Assembly: GCA_963835575.1 (NCBI GenBank)
Contig: CAWIGG010000002.1
Location: 256,001 to 320,000, forward strand
Reading direction: 5' to 3'
From: an uncultured Spirochaetota bacterium
GTDB lineage: Bacteria > Spirochaetota > Brevinematia > Brevinematales > JAOACQ01
Length of the DNA: 64,000 bases
Every line of letters begins with the position of its first letter. Position 1 is the first letter of the stretch. Below the pieces are notes generated by a model. That model was not told the origin of the DNA, did no database searches, and was given only the letters and a program-made list of their open reading frames with translations. Positions 18,902 to 28,842 of the stretch are shown one piece after another. A program made the position numbers and the translations under genes.

Positions 18902-20524
18902 TTAAAATCTTTTAAACAGGATTTTTTCCAGAATGAGAGCCTCGTAAGGCTGAAGACCGGCGGTATTCTTTATCACGCTTTCCTTTCTGATATGGGTGGA
19001 GAAAATCAATTTCCATCTTTCGCCGTCGTTGATTTTAAAGAACCGCTTCTTATTGGAAAGATTGACAGCTATAATCATTTTCTGCACGCCGGATGATCTG
19101 AAATATGCAATGATGGCGGGTCCTGTCTTGATCTGTTCCCAATCGCCGGAATGAAGGGCCGGATTCTGCTTCCTGAGCGCGATCAGCTTTTTATATACGT
19201 TTAACAGGGAAGAGGGATTTTTCTCCTCACTACCGGCATTTGTCTCAGGATATTCCGGATTGACTTTCAGCCAGGGCTTTGCTTCCGAAAACCCCGCGTT
19301 CTTTTTATTGGACCACTGCATCGGCGTCCGTTCCCCGTCACGGCCCTTGTTGACAGGCCAGTAATGCAGGCCGATCGGGTCTTCAATCTCATGTCTTTTT
19401 ATTATGCCGTTCCTCATGCCGATTTCCTCGCCGTAGTAGATAAAAGGCGTGCCTCTCAGGGTTAAAAGCAGTACGGCTGCGGCCTTCGCGCGGCTTATGG
19501 AATCCTTCCCTTTTGAGAACCGGCTGAAGCTCCTCGGCTGGTCATGGCTCGAAAAGGCCAGTGCGGGCCAGCCCCCGGCAGGCGTCGCATCATACCAGGT
19601 CCTGATCGTATTGAGGATTTTCCGCGCGTTCCATTTCATGAATACCTGCGAAAAATCAAAGCTCATATGGAGCTTGTCGGAACCCTTGCCCAGATAGCCG
19701 GCCGCCATCGCGGGATCTCCCGGCGATTCAGCCATAACCTCGCCGACCAGCACTCTATCTTTGTATGAATTGATGAGCTTTCTTAATTCCTTTAATAAAG
19801 GGTGCATTTCCGGCCGGTCTCTTTCATAGAGATGCTTCTGCAGGTCGTAAGGCCGGAGGTTCGGGCCCAAACCGAAGGGATTATTCCTGAATTGCGCGTC
19901 TTTAAAATAGCAGTTGACGACATCCAGCCGGAATCCGTCCACGCCTTTGTCCAGCCAGAATTTGATTCCCTTAAAGACGGCGGCCTTCACGGCCGGGTTT
20001 CTCCAGTTCAGATCCGGCTGTTCCTTCAGAAAGGAATGAAGATAAAACTGTTTTGTCTTCCTGTCCCATTCCCATGCCCTTCCGCCGAAAACCCCCTGCC
20101 AGTTGTTAGGGGGTTTACCGTTAATGCCGCTATGCCAGATATACCAGTCCCGCCTGGGATTATTCCGTGAAAGGCGCGATTCAATAAACCATGGGTGCAG
20201 ATTGGATGTGTGGTTGATAACAAGGTCCATGATGATCTTTATTTTCTTTTTATGGGCTTCTTTTAAAAGGAGGTCAAAATCCTTCATTGTCCCGAAAAAA
20301 GGATCGATCGACCTGTAGTCGCTGATGTCATAGCCCGCGTCGGCCATCGGCGATTGGTATACAGGCGAGAGCCAGATACAGTCGATGCCGAGCCCGGCAA
20401 GATAGTCCAGCTTTTCGATGATGCCGTTCAGGTCCCCGATACCATCGCCGTTCGAGTCTTTAAAGCTCTGCGGGTAAATCTGATAGAACACACCGCTTTT
20501 CCACCATAAGGGCTTTTCTTTCAT
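18902..20524 (-). CDS. GH13 alpha-glucosidase / oligo-1,6-glucosidase
   Basis: YQIYPQSFKDSNGDGIGDL, DLVINH, QPDLNW, GVDGFRLD, HDQPR, YYGEEIGM, RTPMQW. Confidence 0.93.
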   Translation of the reverse strand: MKEKPLWWKSGVFYQIYPQSFKDSNGDGIGDLNGIIEKLDYLAGLGIDCIWLSPVYQSPMADAGYDISDYRSIDPFFGTMKDFDLLLKEAHKKKIKIIMDLVINHTSNLHPWFIESRLSRNNPRRDWYIWHSGINGKPPNNWQGVFGGRAWEWDRKTKQFYLHSFLKEQPDLNWRNPAVKAAVFKGIKFWLDKGVDGFRLDVVNCYFKDAQFRNNPFGLGPNLRPYDLQKHLYERDRPEMHPLLKELRKLINSYKDRVLVGEVMAESPGDPAMAAGYLGKGSDKLHMSFDFSQVFMKWNARKILNTIRTWYDATPAGGWPALAFSSHDQPRSFSRFSKGKDSISRAKAAAVLLLTLRGTPFIYYGEEIGMRNGIIKRHEIEDPIGLHYWPVNKGRDGERTPMQWSNKKNAGFSEAKPWLKVNPEYPETNAGSEEKNPSSLLNVYKKLIALRKQNPALHSGDWEQIKTGPAIIAYFRSSGVQKMIIAVNLSNKKRFFKINDGERWKLIFSTHIRKESVIKNTAGLQPYEALILEKILFKRF

Positions 20525-21807
20525 TTTTTCATCTCCTTCGCCACGGACATCAGCTTTTTATGCTGTAAGTCAATGTCCTTCTGAAAGAAGAACGCGGCAA
20601 TCCAGAGCAGAATCGCGCATGGGATCCAGAAAGCGGCGGAGAAATTCATCGCGAAAGTCAGGCCGAAAGAGACGGATAGAATGCCGCCGATGAACTTGCC
20701 GACGCCGGTCCCTACGGAGTCCGTCAGGTTAAAGATGGAAAATATGGCGCCTCGGTTCTCAGGCACATTTGTGTCCAGAAGCATCGCCCTGATATTCGGG
20801 CCCGCGATCCCGACCAGGAATGCCCCGACGAATCCGCATAGCAGCATCAGGGGCAGGTTGCCGGAAGGGATTAAGGAAAACATGGCGATGACAACCAGCG
20901 AGCCGGCGAATGTTGTGATGGAACAGAGTAGGGGCATGTAAATGGATTTTTTCCTGAAAAGCATGCCGCCGAATATCCCTCCCAGTATCACGCCGGCCGT
21001 CATGCCGACGCCGAAGAGAAGAAAGACCGTTGTGGCCTGTTCTATTGAGAGCCCCTTGTTTTCGTTAAAGAACTTGACCAGGAAAAGCGGTATGGCGCCC
21101 CAGGGTATTGTTCCGAGAAGGCCCTGAACAAAAAGGAATATATTTGTTTTAATTTTGATCAGGTTCAGATAATCCCCGAGCTTGATTTTTTTCGGGTAAA
21201 GCAGGCCTTCCGCTATCAGTTTATTCAGGGCCTCTTCAGAAGCGCCATGCTGAGGTTCCTGAACAAGGAAATAAAACAGGATGATGAAAAGGAAATTGGG
21301 CGCGGAAGCGAGAATGAAAGGGAGCCTCCAGCCGTATGTCGGGCCGACATAGCCGCCGATAAGAAGGCCGACAATCTGGCCGATGCTGATGGCCGCCGTC
21401 ATGTAGGCTGTGGCGGAAGCCCTCTTCTTTTCCTCATAGAGGTCCCCGATAAGGGAAAAGATGATCGGGAATGAGGCCCCGACCCCGAACCCGGTCAGTA
21501 TTCTCAGAGTAAAAAACTGCGCGTAATTCATGGAAAAAGCCGTTAAGAGACAGGGGATCTGACCTATGAGGACAGAATAGATAAAAAGCATCTTCCGGCT
21601 GCCCTTGTCTGCAAAGTAGCCCCAGAGAAGGCTGATGACGGCGCCCAGCAGCGTAAAAAGGCCGCTCATCAGGCCGATGTCCGCGTCGTTGACATGAAAC
21701 TCCTTTTCTATCGCGGAAAGGGTGGCGTTCATCAGGTTCTGATCGGCATTGAGCATCACGGCTATCAGGATCATAAGAACAAGGGTGAGATTTCTGTTTT
21801 TAATCAT
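20521..21807 (-). CDS. MFS transporter (overlaps GH13 start; probable operon)
   Basis: WGYFADKGSRK motif A, ~12 TM helices. Confidence 0.88.
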   Translation of the reverse strand: MIKNRNLTLVLMILIAVMLNADQNLMNATLSAIEKEFHVNDADIGLMSGLFTLLGAVISLLWGYFADKGSRKMLFIYSVLIGQIPCLLTAFSMNYAQFFTLRILTGFGVGASFPIIFSLIGDLYEEKKRASATAYMTAAISIGQIVGLLIGGYVGPTYGWRLPFILASAPNFLFIILFYFLVQEPQHGASEEALNKLIAEGLLYPKKIKLGDYLNLIKIKTNIFLFVQGLLGTIPWGAIPLFLVKFFNENKGLSIEQATTVFLLFGVGMTAGVILGGIFGGMLFRKKSIYMPLLCSITTFAGSLVVIAMFSLIPSGNLPLMLLCGFVGAFLVGIAGPNIRAMLLDTNVPENRGAIFSIFNLTDSVGTGVGKFIGGILSVSFGLTFAMNFSAAFWIPCAILLWIAAFFFQKDIDLQHKKLMSVAKEMKK

Positions 21808-21933
21808 GACAGGCTCCTTATAAAATAAGCTTATGATAGTTTTATAATCATAAATTCTTTCTAATACAAAAATTCTGGCCTGATTTCCGAAAAAAAATAG
21901 AAAATGATCCCTTAAATGATAATATAATGGAAG

Positions 21934-22400
21934 TTACATATCAAGATAATGGGCCAAAGTTTCTCGTCCTTTAGACTTTATCCGGCAGCCGTACCATTCA
22001 TCATAAATGGCCCATTCGGTGATTTCCCGGACTTTTGACAGGATTTCATTGATGATTTTCTTGTCAGATTCGCGCAGTCCCGGTTTGCCCGGGAGCGGCA
22101 GAATGAAATTTTATCCTCATAAATATCAATTGAATTGCATTTTGTGCCGCGGCTGATGGCGCTGACTTTTCCGGAATAAAAGTCCTCCGGCAGATCATGA
22201 TATTTTTTATCAATATAAGAACAGATAGGATGTCTGTCTTCCGAATAAGGGCCTGTGTATAGCTGATAATGAGGCAAATCCAGACTTTTTATCCATTCCT
22301 GATAATGCTTTTGGTCTTCAAAAGATTTAAATTTGATGCAGAAATCAAGGACCGGCCCGGCTCCTCCGAATCTGTTTTCTTCCCGGCTCCAGTCTTTCAT
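21934..22400 (-). pseudogene. Small hypothetical gene with apparent single-base frameshift near 22105
   Basis: SD GAGGAGG before ATG 22400; -1 frame continues FILPLPGKPGLRESDKKIINEIL...AHYLDM*. Confidence 0.45.
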
Positions 22401-22578
22401 AATAAAACTAAGCCTCCTCTTTTTTGATACGCTGTTCTTATATATAATACGCCTTTTACAATTAAATTTTGCAATAATTTTAAAATATTTTAATTCTTTT
22501 TTATGCAGACTTAAAAGATTTTTTGTTATATAATAATTCTCCTCAAATTTATTTTTAATAATAATCAAGAGGAAAATT

Positions 22579-23850
22579 ATGGCAGAGATTAATTATCAAT
22601 CAAAAAAGCTTCATTACGGCTGGATTATTCTCATACTGGCTGTGGCGACCGTCATGGGCGCGCTGGGGTTCGGCCGCTTCGGATACACAATGCTCCTGCC
22701 ATCCATGAAAACCGGCCTCTCTTTAAATGAAATTCAGGCGGGAGACCTTGCCGCCGGCAATATGCTGGGATACCTCGTGCTGGCGCTGACATGCGGAATA
22801 CTGGCATCGCGCTTCGGGCCGAGGCTGGTCATCGGGATGTCCATGATTGTCAGCGCTTTTTCTCTTTTCCTGACAGGTTTATCATGGAATTATTATTCCG
22901 CCCTGATCGCCAGGACTTTGACCGGAATGGGCGGCGGCGGGTCGAATGTGCCGGTTATGGGGCTGGTATCATCCTGGTTCGGAAAACGGAGGCGCGGGCT
23001 TGCCGCCGGCATAGCCGTCAGCGGCTCCAGCTTCGGGCTTTTATTCGCCGGCAGTATTCTTCCTTTTGTACTGGAAGCCGGAGGCGGAAACGGCTGGCGG
23101 TATTCATGGTACTGCCTGGCCGGAGCGGTATTGATTATCGCGGTCCTCGGTTTTATTTTTCTTAAAAACTCTCCGAAAGCCGCGGGCCTCTCAGCCGTCG
23201 GGGCTTCGGAGGATGAGAAAACAGAGGCCGGCAAACAGTCTTCATCACTGAAGTGGGGATTGATCGTTAAAACGCCCGCCGTCTGGCACCTGGCGCTGAT
23301 ATACATCATGTTCGGCTTTTCCTATATTATCTACGCCACGTTTTTTGTCCGTTATCTCAGCGGCGAGGGTGGATTTTCGACTAAGGAAGCCGGCGGGCTC
23401 TGGGCGCTGATCGGCGGCTTCAGCATAGCGAGCGGGTTTATCTGGGGCGCCTTTTCCGACAGGACCGGCAGAAAATACGGCCTGGCCGTCGTGTTCTTTA
23501 TCCAGTTTCTGAGTTTTACTCTGTTCGGCGCCTGGAAGGCGATGCCGGGTTATATTATTTCCTCTGTCTTATTCGCGCTGACAGCCTGGAGCATTCCGGC
23601 CATCATGGCGGCGGCCGTCAGCGACATATCGGGACCGAGGCTGGCGCCGGCGGCTTTGGGTTTTATCACTTTCTTTTTCGGGATCGGGCAGGTGCTCGGG
23701 CCTATGCTGGCTGGAAGGATTTCCGCCGCCGGCGGATCTTATTCCCCGGCATTCATCGCGGCCGGCATTGCCGCACTTGCGGGCGCGGTTTTGTCGCTAT
23801 TTTTAAAAAAGGCCCATGGAGCGCCGGCGGAAAGAACTAAAATTGAGTGA
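22579..23850 (+). CDS. MFS transporter (YbfB/YjiJ-like)
   Basis: GFGRFGYTMLLPSM, GAFSDRTGRK, ~12 TM helices. Confidence 0.88.
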   Translation: MAEINYQSKKLHYGWIILILAVATVMGALGFGRFGYTMLLPSMKTGLSLNEIQAGDLAAGNMLGYLVLALTCGILASRFGPRLVIGMSMIVSAFSLFLTGLSWNYYSALIARTLTGMGGGGSNVPVMGLVSSWFGKRRRGLAAGIAVSGSSFGLLFAGSILPFVLEAGGGNGWRYSWYCLAGAVLIIAVLGFIFLKNSPKAAGLSAVGASEDEKTEAGKQSSSLKWGLIVKTPAVWHLALIYIMFGFSYIIYATFFVRYLSGEGGFSTKEAGGLWALIGGFSIASGFIWGAFSDRTGRKYGLAVVFFIQFLSFTLFGAWKAMPGYIISSVLFALTAWSIPAIMAAAVSDISGPRLAPAALGFITFFFGIGQVLGPMLAGRISAAGGSYSPAFIAAGIAALAGAVLSLFLKKAHGAPAERTKIE

Positions 23851-23878
23851 TAATTATAGAAGGAGCAAAAAAGATTTT

Positions 23879-25393
23879 ATGAAATATTATATTATGTTTA
23901 TACTGCTTTGTTTTATTCCATTTACAGGATTTACCAAAGACAAAAAAGTTATATCGATATTATACTTTGATAATACGACAAAGAATAAGGAATATAAATG
24001 GCTCTGCAAAGGCTTGGCCGATATGCTGATAACGGATGTGGCCCAGTCCAGTTCCGTCATTGTCGTGGAGAGGGAACAGCTGAATAAAGTTCTCTCCGAA
24101 CAGAAGCTTGCGCTCACCGGCCTGGTTGACGAAAAGAACGCGCTGAAAATAGGGGAGCTCCTGAACGCGGACAACCTCATAACAGGCAGTTTTATCATTC
24201 AGAACGATACGGTCAGGATAGACGCGAAAATAGTGGACACGCAGACCGGTAAAATAACAGGGATTAAGAGTACGGGAAAGATCGCCTCCATTCTGGATAT
24301 AGCGGAAGAACTTGCCGGCAATATTTTTTCCCGGCTGGTCCTTACGGCTCCTCTGCAGACGCAGACCGGCGGCGCCTCGCTTGACGCGATGAGATATTAT
24401 TATGAAGGCGTTGATAATCTGGACGCGGGCGACTTCCAGAACGCGCTTTCGAATTTCAACCAGTCGGCCAGGATTGATCCCCTCTATGACAGGCCGCAGA
24501 AGGGGCTGGAAAAAGCCTATGAATTCCTTAAGGATTTCAAGATGCGCCGCTATCAAAGGGAGGTGAACCAGCTTTATGAAAGGCTGGCAAAATTAAAAAA
24601 GGTCCTCGATATGAAGCCCTATAAAAATTACGCTAATATGGTCACGAACGAAGGCTGGCTGAAAATGACGCCGGAAGAAAGGGAAGCCTTTAATAGGGAG
24701 AATGAAATTTACATCAGTTATTCCACTCCGTCCCTCTGCACGCTGGAACTGCAGAATACCCTGATGCAGGTCGCCGATAAAAAGGAATCGTTCATTTCTG
24801 AGAAATGGGACGAAATGGAGAGTGATTTTAATAAAAAGAAAGACAGTATTCAAAAGGATCTGCGAGAAGAAAATAATAAGCAGAGGGAGAAGGAAAAGGC
24901 CTTTGACAAGGAATACAGGGAAAAGTCGGATGAGATTGATAAGATGGAAGATAAAGATTTAAAGGAGAAGAAAAGTGATGAATTGAAGGGATGGAGAAAT
25001 ACAGGGAGAGACCGGCTGAAAAAGGAATGGGATGAACTGCAGAAAAAGCATGATGACGAGGAAAAAGCCCTGGACCAGGAAGAGGATTCGAACAGCCGGA
25101 ATAAAGAGCAGGATGAAAAATCCATAAAAGATAAAAACTTTGTTATCCTGAAAGAGATCACAAGGATTTCCGAAAATTCGCGCCACGAGTACGCGAAAGA
25201 TAAATTCCTGCCTAATATCCTTTATATGGAGCTTTTAGCGCTGAACCAGCTGAAGGATTATAAAGCCCTTAAGGAAAACTGCGAAGCCTTCCTGACGGAT
25301 TATCCCGATTACCAGGCGAACTGGGCCGTGGAGGATTTTTATAAAAGATCGCTGGATGAATTGAAAAAGCAGGAAAGCGGGGCAAAAGAATAA
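23879..25393 (+). CDS. Exported CsgG/HfaB(FlgO)-like domain protein with TPR and charged coiled coil
   Basis: ILYFDN...GLADMLITD...VVERE..KVLSEQ...KIGELLNAD..ITGSF...RIDAKIVD..TG. Confidence 0.75.
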   Translation: MKYYIMFILLCFIPFTGFTKDKKVISILYFDNTTKNKEYKWLCKGLADMLITDVAQSSSVIVVEREQLNKVLSEQKLALTGLVDEKNALKIGELLNADNLITGSFIIQNDTVRIDAKIVDTQTGKITGIKSTGKIASILDIAEELAGNIFSRLVLTAPLQTQTGGASLDAMRYYYEGVDNLDAGDFQNALSNFNQSARIDPLYDRPQKGLEKAYEFLKDFKMRRYQREVNQLYERLAKLKKVLDMKPYKNYANMVTNEGWLKMTPEEREAFNRENEIYISYSTPSLCTLELQNTLMQVADKKESFISEKWDEMESDFNKKKDSIQKDLREENNKQREKEKAFDKEYREKSDEIDKMEDKDLKEKKSDELKGWRNTGRDRLKKEWDELQKKHDDEEKALDQEEDSNSRNKEQDEKSIKDKNFVILKEITRISENSRHEYAKDKFLPNILYMELLALNQLKDYKALKENCEAFLTDYPDYQANWAVEDFYKRSLDELKKQESGAKE

Positions 25394-25418
25394 TAACGGG
25401 GGCGGCGGGGAAGAAAGC

Positions 25419-25495
25419 CCGCTAATAACCCTAATGATCGCGAATATTCAGGGAATATTGGTGTTTATTTGCGTTAATTCGCGTGATTCGCGGGA
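25419..25495. repeat. 9-bp-periodic inverted-repeat element (CGCGAAT type)
   Basis: CCGCTAATAACCCTAATGATCGCGAATA ... TATTTGCGTTAATTCGCGTGATTCGCGG. Confidence 0.6.
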
Positions 25496-25503
25496 AAGCT
25501 CCA

Positions 25504-26565
25504 TCACCGGTCCTTCATCTGGTCCCTGACGAATTTCCCCGATTCGGACAGCTTATCGTCCGTCCATCCGCCTCCCGACACGGCATCCGGCTTGAGCGCC
25601 GCAGAGGTTTCCTGTTTGTCCGAGAGCGACCAGTTGCACCAGCTGATCTTGTTATCGTTCATAAAATCAACCCATTTCTTCGCTTCAGCAAGGAAGGGCC
25701 CGTTGTTGCCGCTGGAATCGCTTGTGCCCCATTCCGTGCAGAAAACAGCGATCTTCGGCAAAACATCTTTAACACGGTCTCTCAGCCATTGTGTATGGGA
25801 ACCCGCGTAAAAATGAAAGGTATACATAATGTTATCATATTTCAAAGGATCGGCGGCGGCATCCTGCACATCCTGGCTCCATGAACCTGTTCCGACGATA
25901 ATGACCGCGTTGCTGTCTCCCGCCCTGATGACAGGAATGACGGTTTCCGCGTAAGGTTTGATTTTATCGCTCCAATGCACTTCTGCACCGTTAGGTTCAT
26001 TGCAGATTTCATACATGACGTGTTTTTTTGCGCCGTACTGAAAGGCCATTCTCTTGAAGAAGTCCATCGATTTCTTTATGAAGATGTTCGGGTCCTTGTC
26101 TCCCAGGACATGCCAGTCGATGATGCAGTAAATACCGTTGGTTTCTGTATACCTGACAGCATCCTTAACAAAATATTCCAGGGCCGGATCGATTATATAT
26201 CCCTTATCAAGGGTATAGAGAGCGACGCGCAGGACATCCATTTTCCAATTTTTAACAAGCCAGGCTATTCCGTCCTTATTGATAAAACGCCCGTACCACT
26301 GTACGCCATGCGTGGAAAAGCCGCGGAGCTGTAGGGGCGCCCCTTTTTCATCGCAGAGCTGTGTGCCGATGACTCTCAGTTTGCCATGTACGGCGGCCGG
26401 CGATAGAGCGGGATATTTCCCGGAAATTCCTGAATTTGTATAGGCCAGTTTTTCCTGCGGTTCAACCGGCGCGGTTGTTTTTACCGTACCGGAAGAAGCG
26501 TAGGCGGAAATGAAACATGATACTATAATCGATATTAAAATAAACCTGATTAATTTCATAAACAT
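25504..26565 (-). CDS. GH5 endoglucanase (subfamily 2-like)
   Basis: LRGFSTHGVQWY, IIDWH, YEICNEP, HFYAGSH, TEWG, ISWCNW. Confidence 0.93.
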   Translation of the reverse strand: MFMKLIRFILISIIVSCFISAYASSGTVKTTAPVEPQEKLAYTNSGISGKYPALSPAAVHGKLRVIGTQLCDEKGAPLQLRGFSTHGVQWYGRFINKDGIAWLVKNWKMDVLRVALYTLDKGYIIDPALEYFVKDAVRYTETNGIYCIIDWHVLGDKDPNIFIKKSMDFFKRMAFQYGAKKHVMYEICNEPNGAEVHWSDKIKPYAETVIPVIRAGDSNAVIIVGTGSWSQDVQDAAADPLKYDNIMYTFHFYAGSHTQWLRDRVKDVLPKIAVFCTEWGTSDSSGNNGPFLAEAKKWVDFMNDNKISWCNWSLSDKQETSAALKPDAVSGGGWTDDKLSESGKFVRDQMKDR

Positions 26566-26610
26566 CCTCCTATTAATTATAAATAAAATTCTATTTTAAT
26601 ACAGACAAAA

Positions 26611-27672
26611 TTACCGGTTTGTCATTTGATCCCTGACAAACCTGCCGGACAGCGACAGATTATCATCTGACCAGCCGCCGGATGCCCGGGTACTCGGCTT
26701 AAGAAAAGCAGACACTTCCTGTTTGTCTGAAAATGACCAGTTGCACCAGCTGATCTTTTTACTGTTCAGGAAATCCATCCAGAGTTTGGATTCTTCGAGG
26801 AAGGGCCCGTTGTTTCCGCTGGAATCGCTGGTGCCCCACTCTGTGCAGAAAATTGGGATTTTTGACGAGGCCTGATTGACCCGGTCCCTCAGCCGCTGTG
26901 TATGCGTCCCCGCGTAAAAATGAACGGTATAGAGGACATTATCAAATTTCAAAGGATCGGCTGCGGCGTCCTGTACATCCTGGCTCCAGGTGCCCGTGCC
27001 GACAATGATGACGGCGTTGGAATCCCCCGAGCGGATTACCGGTATGATATATTCCGCATATGGTTTAATTTTACTTTCCCAGGTAACGCTTTTTCCATTC
27101 GGTTCATTGCAGATCTCATAGATGACATGTTTTTTTGCGCCGTAAAGGAAAGACATCTTCTTAAAAAAATCCTTTGCGTACTTTTTATAAAGATTCGGGT
27201 CCCGGTCGTTCAAAACATGCCAGTCGATGACGCAGTAAATCCCGCTTTCCTCTGCATACTCCACTGCGTATTTAACATAACTGACCAGGGACGGGTCCAT
27301 CATGAACCCCTGTTCGACAGTGTAAAGGGCCACTCTGAAAACATCCATTTTCCAGTTTTTCGCCAGCCAGTCAATCCCTTCCTTGTTTACAAACTGCCCG
27401 AACCATTGAACGCCATGCGTGGAAAGGCCCCGGAGCTGTACGGGATCGCCCTTTTCATCGCAAAGCTGTGTGCCGATTACTTTCAGCTTGCCATGTATGG
27501 CGACAGGGGAGTGATCGGGATATACTCCTGAAATACCTGAATTGGTATAGATATAAATTTCCGCCGGTTCGTTTGTCTTAACGGCATCGGTATTTGAGCA
27601 TGCCGTTAATAAAAAGGAAAATGCAAAGGGAAGAAAAATCATTCTTTTAATATAAATATAAATGATATTCAT
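26611..27672 (-). CDS. GH5 endoglucanase lipoprotein, tandem paralogue
   Basis: Same GH5 motifs; lipobox LTAC; SD GGAGG before ATG 27672. Confidence 0.9.
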   Translation of the reverse strand: MNIIYIYIKRMIFLPFAFSFLLTACSNTDAVKTNEPAEIYIYTNSGISGVYPDHSPVAIHGKLKVIGTQLCDEKGDPVQLRGLSTHGVQWFGQFVNKEGIDWLAKNWKMDVFRVALYTVEQGFMMDPSLVSYVKYAVEYAEESGIYCVIDWHVLNDRDPNLYKKYAKDFFKKMSFLYGAKKHVIYEICNEPNGKSVTWESKIKPYAEYIIPVIRSGDSNAVIIVGTGTWSQDVQDAAADPLKFDNVLYTVHFYAGTHTQRLRDRVNQASSKIPIFCTEWGTSDSSGNNGPFLEESKLWMDFLNSKKISWCNWSFSDKQEVSAFLKPSTRASGGWSDDNLSLSGRFVRDQMTNR

Positions 27673-27746
27673 TAAAAGCCTCCGGTTCAAACTACTAAGG
27701 ATAACAATTAAAAACTTTCTTGTCAAAACTGCGTGTAAATAAGCCG

Positions 27747-27785
27747 AGGGCAGTCCCAAAAAACTAAAGTATTTGGAACTGTCCT
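27747..27785. repeat. GGGCAGTTCCAAAA-type hairpin element
   Basis: AGGGCAGTCCCAAA...TTTGGAACTGTCCT; relatives at 31827, 52888, 56571. Confidence 0.65.
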
Positions 27786-27806
27786 TAATTTTTTTCAATA
27801 ATAAAG

Positions 27807-27829
27807 AAAGGCTGCCTTGACAGCAGCCC
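27807..27829 (-). terminator. Probable intrinsic terminator of the DUF4412-like gene
   Basis: Minus strand GGGCTGC-TGTCAAG-GCAGCCT-TTCTTT. Confidence 0.6.
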
Positions 27830-27836
27830 ATGTTTT

Positions 27837-28709
27837 TTATTTAAATAATCCCTTGATTAAATCCTCTGCTTTGACATCTTCATTCTTTTTACTGCTTCCG
27901 CTGCCGTCCTTCTTCTCTTTTGTTTCATTTCCATCGGTGGTTTTCATTTCTTCCTTTTTATAACCCGCGGGGATTTTGAACAAATCATCGCCGAGATTCT
28001 TTACATTGATTTCATCAACAGTCATGGTGCTGACGCTTTCCTGCGTCTTTTTATCTTCTCCGGTCGACTTCTGGGTGGTGACGGATTTCAGGACAAAACC
28101 GAGATTTTTTAGTGTTTCCGTCTGTTTTTGGATCAGGTTGTCCAGGTCTTTAAATGAAGTTTTAAAAGATCTGGATTTGTAGATATCCGAGAATTCCTTT
28201 GCCGCGACAGCGTCGCTTCCCCAGAGTTCCTGTGTCTGGTCGATATGGGATTTGGCGGTAATAAAGGCAATTTTGGTTTCCAGGTCGTACGAGCTTGAAA
28301 TGGAGATATGCCGGCAGTTGTAGGACAAAATCGCCTCAGGGGTTAATTTTTGAACATCAACTTTGGGATTGGATATTTTCATCTGTATCACAGCACCCAG
28401 AGTCTGCGAAAGGCTTTCAATAGACATTTCAGTATAAGTTTTATCCTCCGTGTTAACGATATAAACGATATTGGTGTTGGCTTTATACAGGAAATAGCTC
28501 CCCTTTTTATACATCGGGTTTTTAGCGCCGGTGCTTTTAACAAAATCTTCCCGGATATTCCCTTTCTGGGCATATCCATGAGTGACTACTGTTGATTCCT
28601 TCCCGTTTGATTTGGAAGCCGTTGTCGATTGCCATTCCACTCCGGCAAAAACAAATGCGGGAACAATCACTAATGATAGAATCAATGGAATAAAAAATCT
28701 TCTCTTCAT
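27837..28709 (-). CDS. Exported DUF4412-like protein
   Basis: Signal peptide; IVN..DKTY.EM, E.ILSYNC, DDLFKIPAGYK. Confidence 0.65.
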   Translation of the reverse strand: MKRRFFIPLILSLVIVPAFVFAGVEWQSTTASKSNGKESTVVTHGYAQKGNIREDFVKSTGAKNPMYKKGSYFLYKANTNIVYIVNTEDKTYTEMSIESLSQTLGAVIQMKISNPKVDVQKLTPEAILSYNCRHISISSSYDLETKIAFITAKSHIDQTQELWGSDAVAAKEFSDIYKSRSFKTSFKDLDNLIQKQTETLKNLGFVLKSVTTQKSTGEDKKTQESVSTMTVDEINVKNLGDDLFKIPAGYKKEEMKTTDGNETKEKKDGSGSSKKNEDVKAEDLIKGLFK

Positions 28710-28842
28710 ATATAATCCTCCTCATAATATTTTATATTTTGATAAACTATTAAAAATTGAGGCAGGCTTAGAAAAACGCCTGTTTTTACAGCCGCTCTAA
28801 TTATAATTCAGTCTGGGATGTAATTCAAATCCGAAGTTATTA

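Noticed and set aside
26611..27831. ORF-track starts for GH5 (27831), GH9 (9431), CsgG-like (23816) and rpsO (45889)
   Set aside because: Downstream ATGs with clear SD and signal or family N-termini are better supported.
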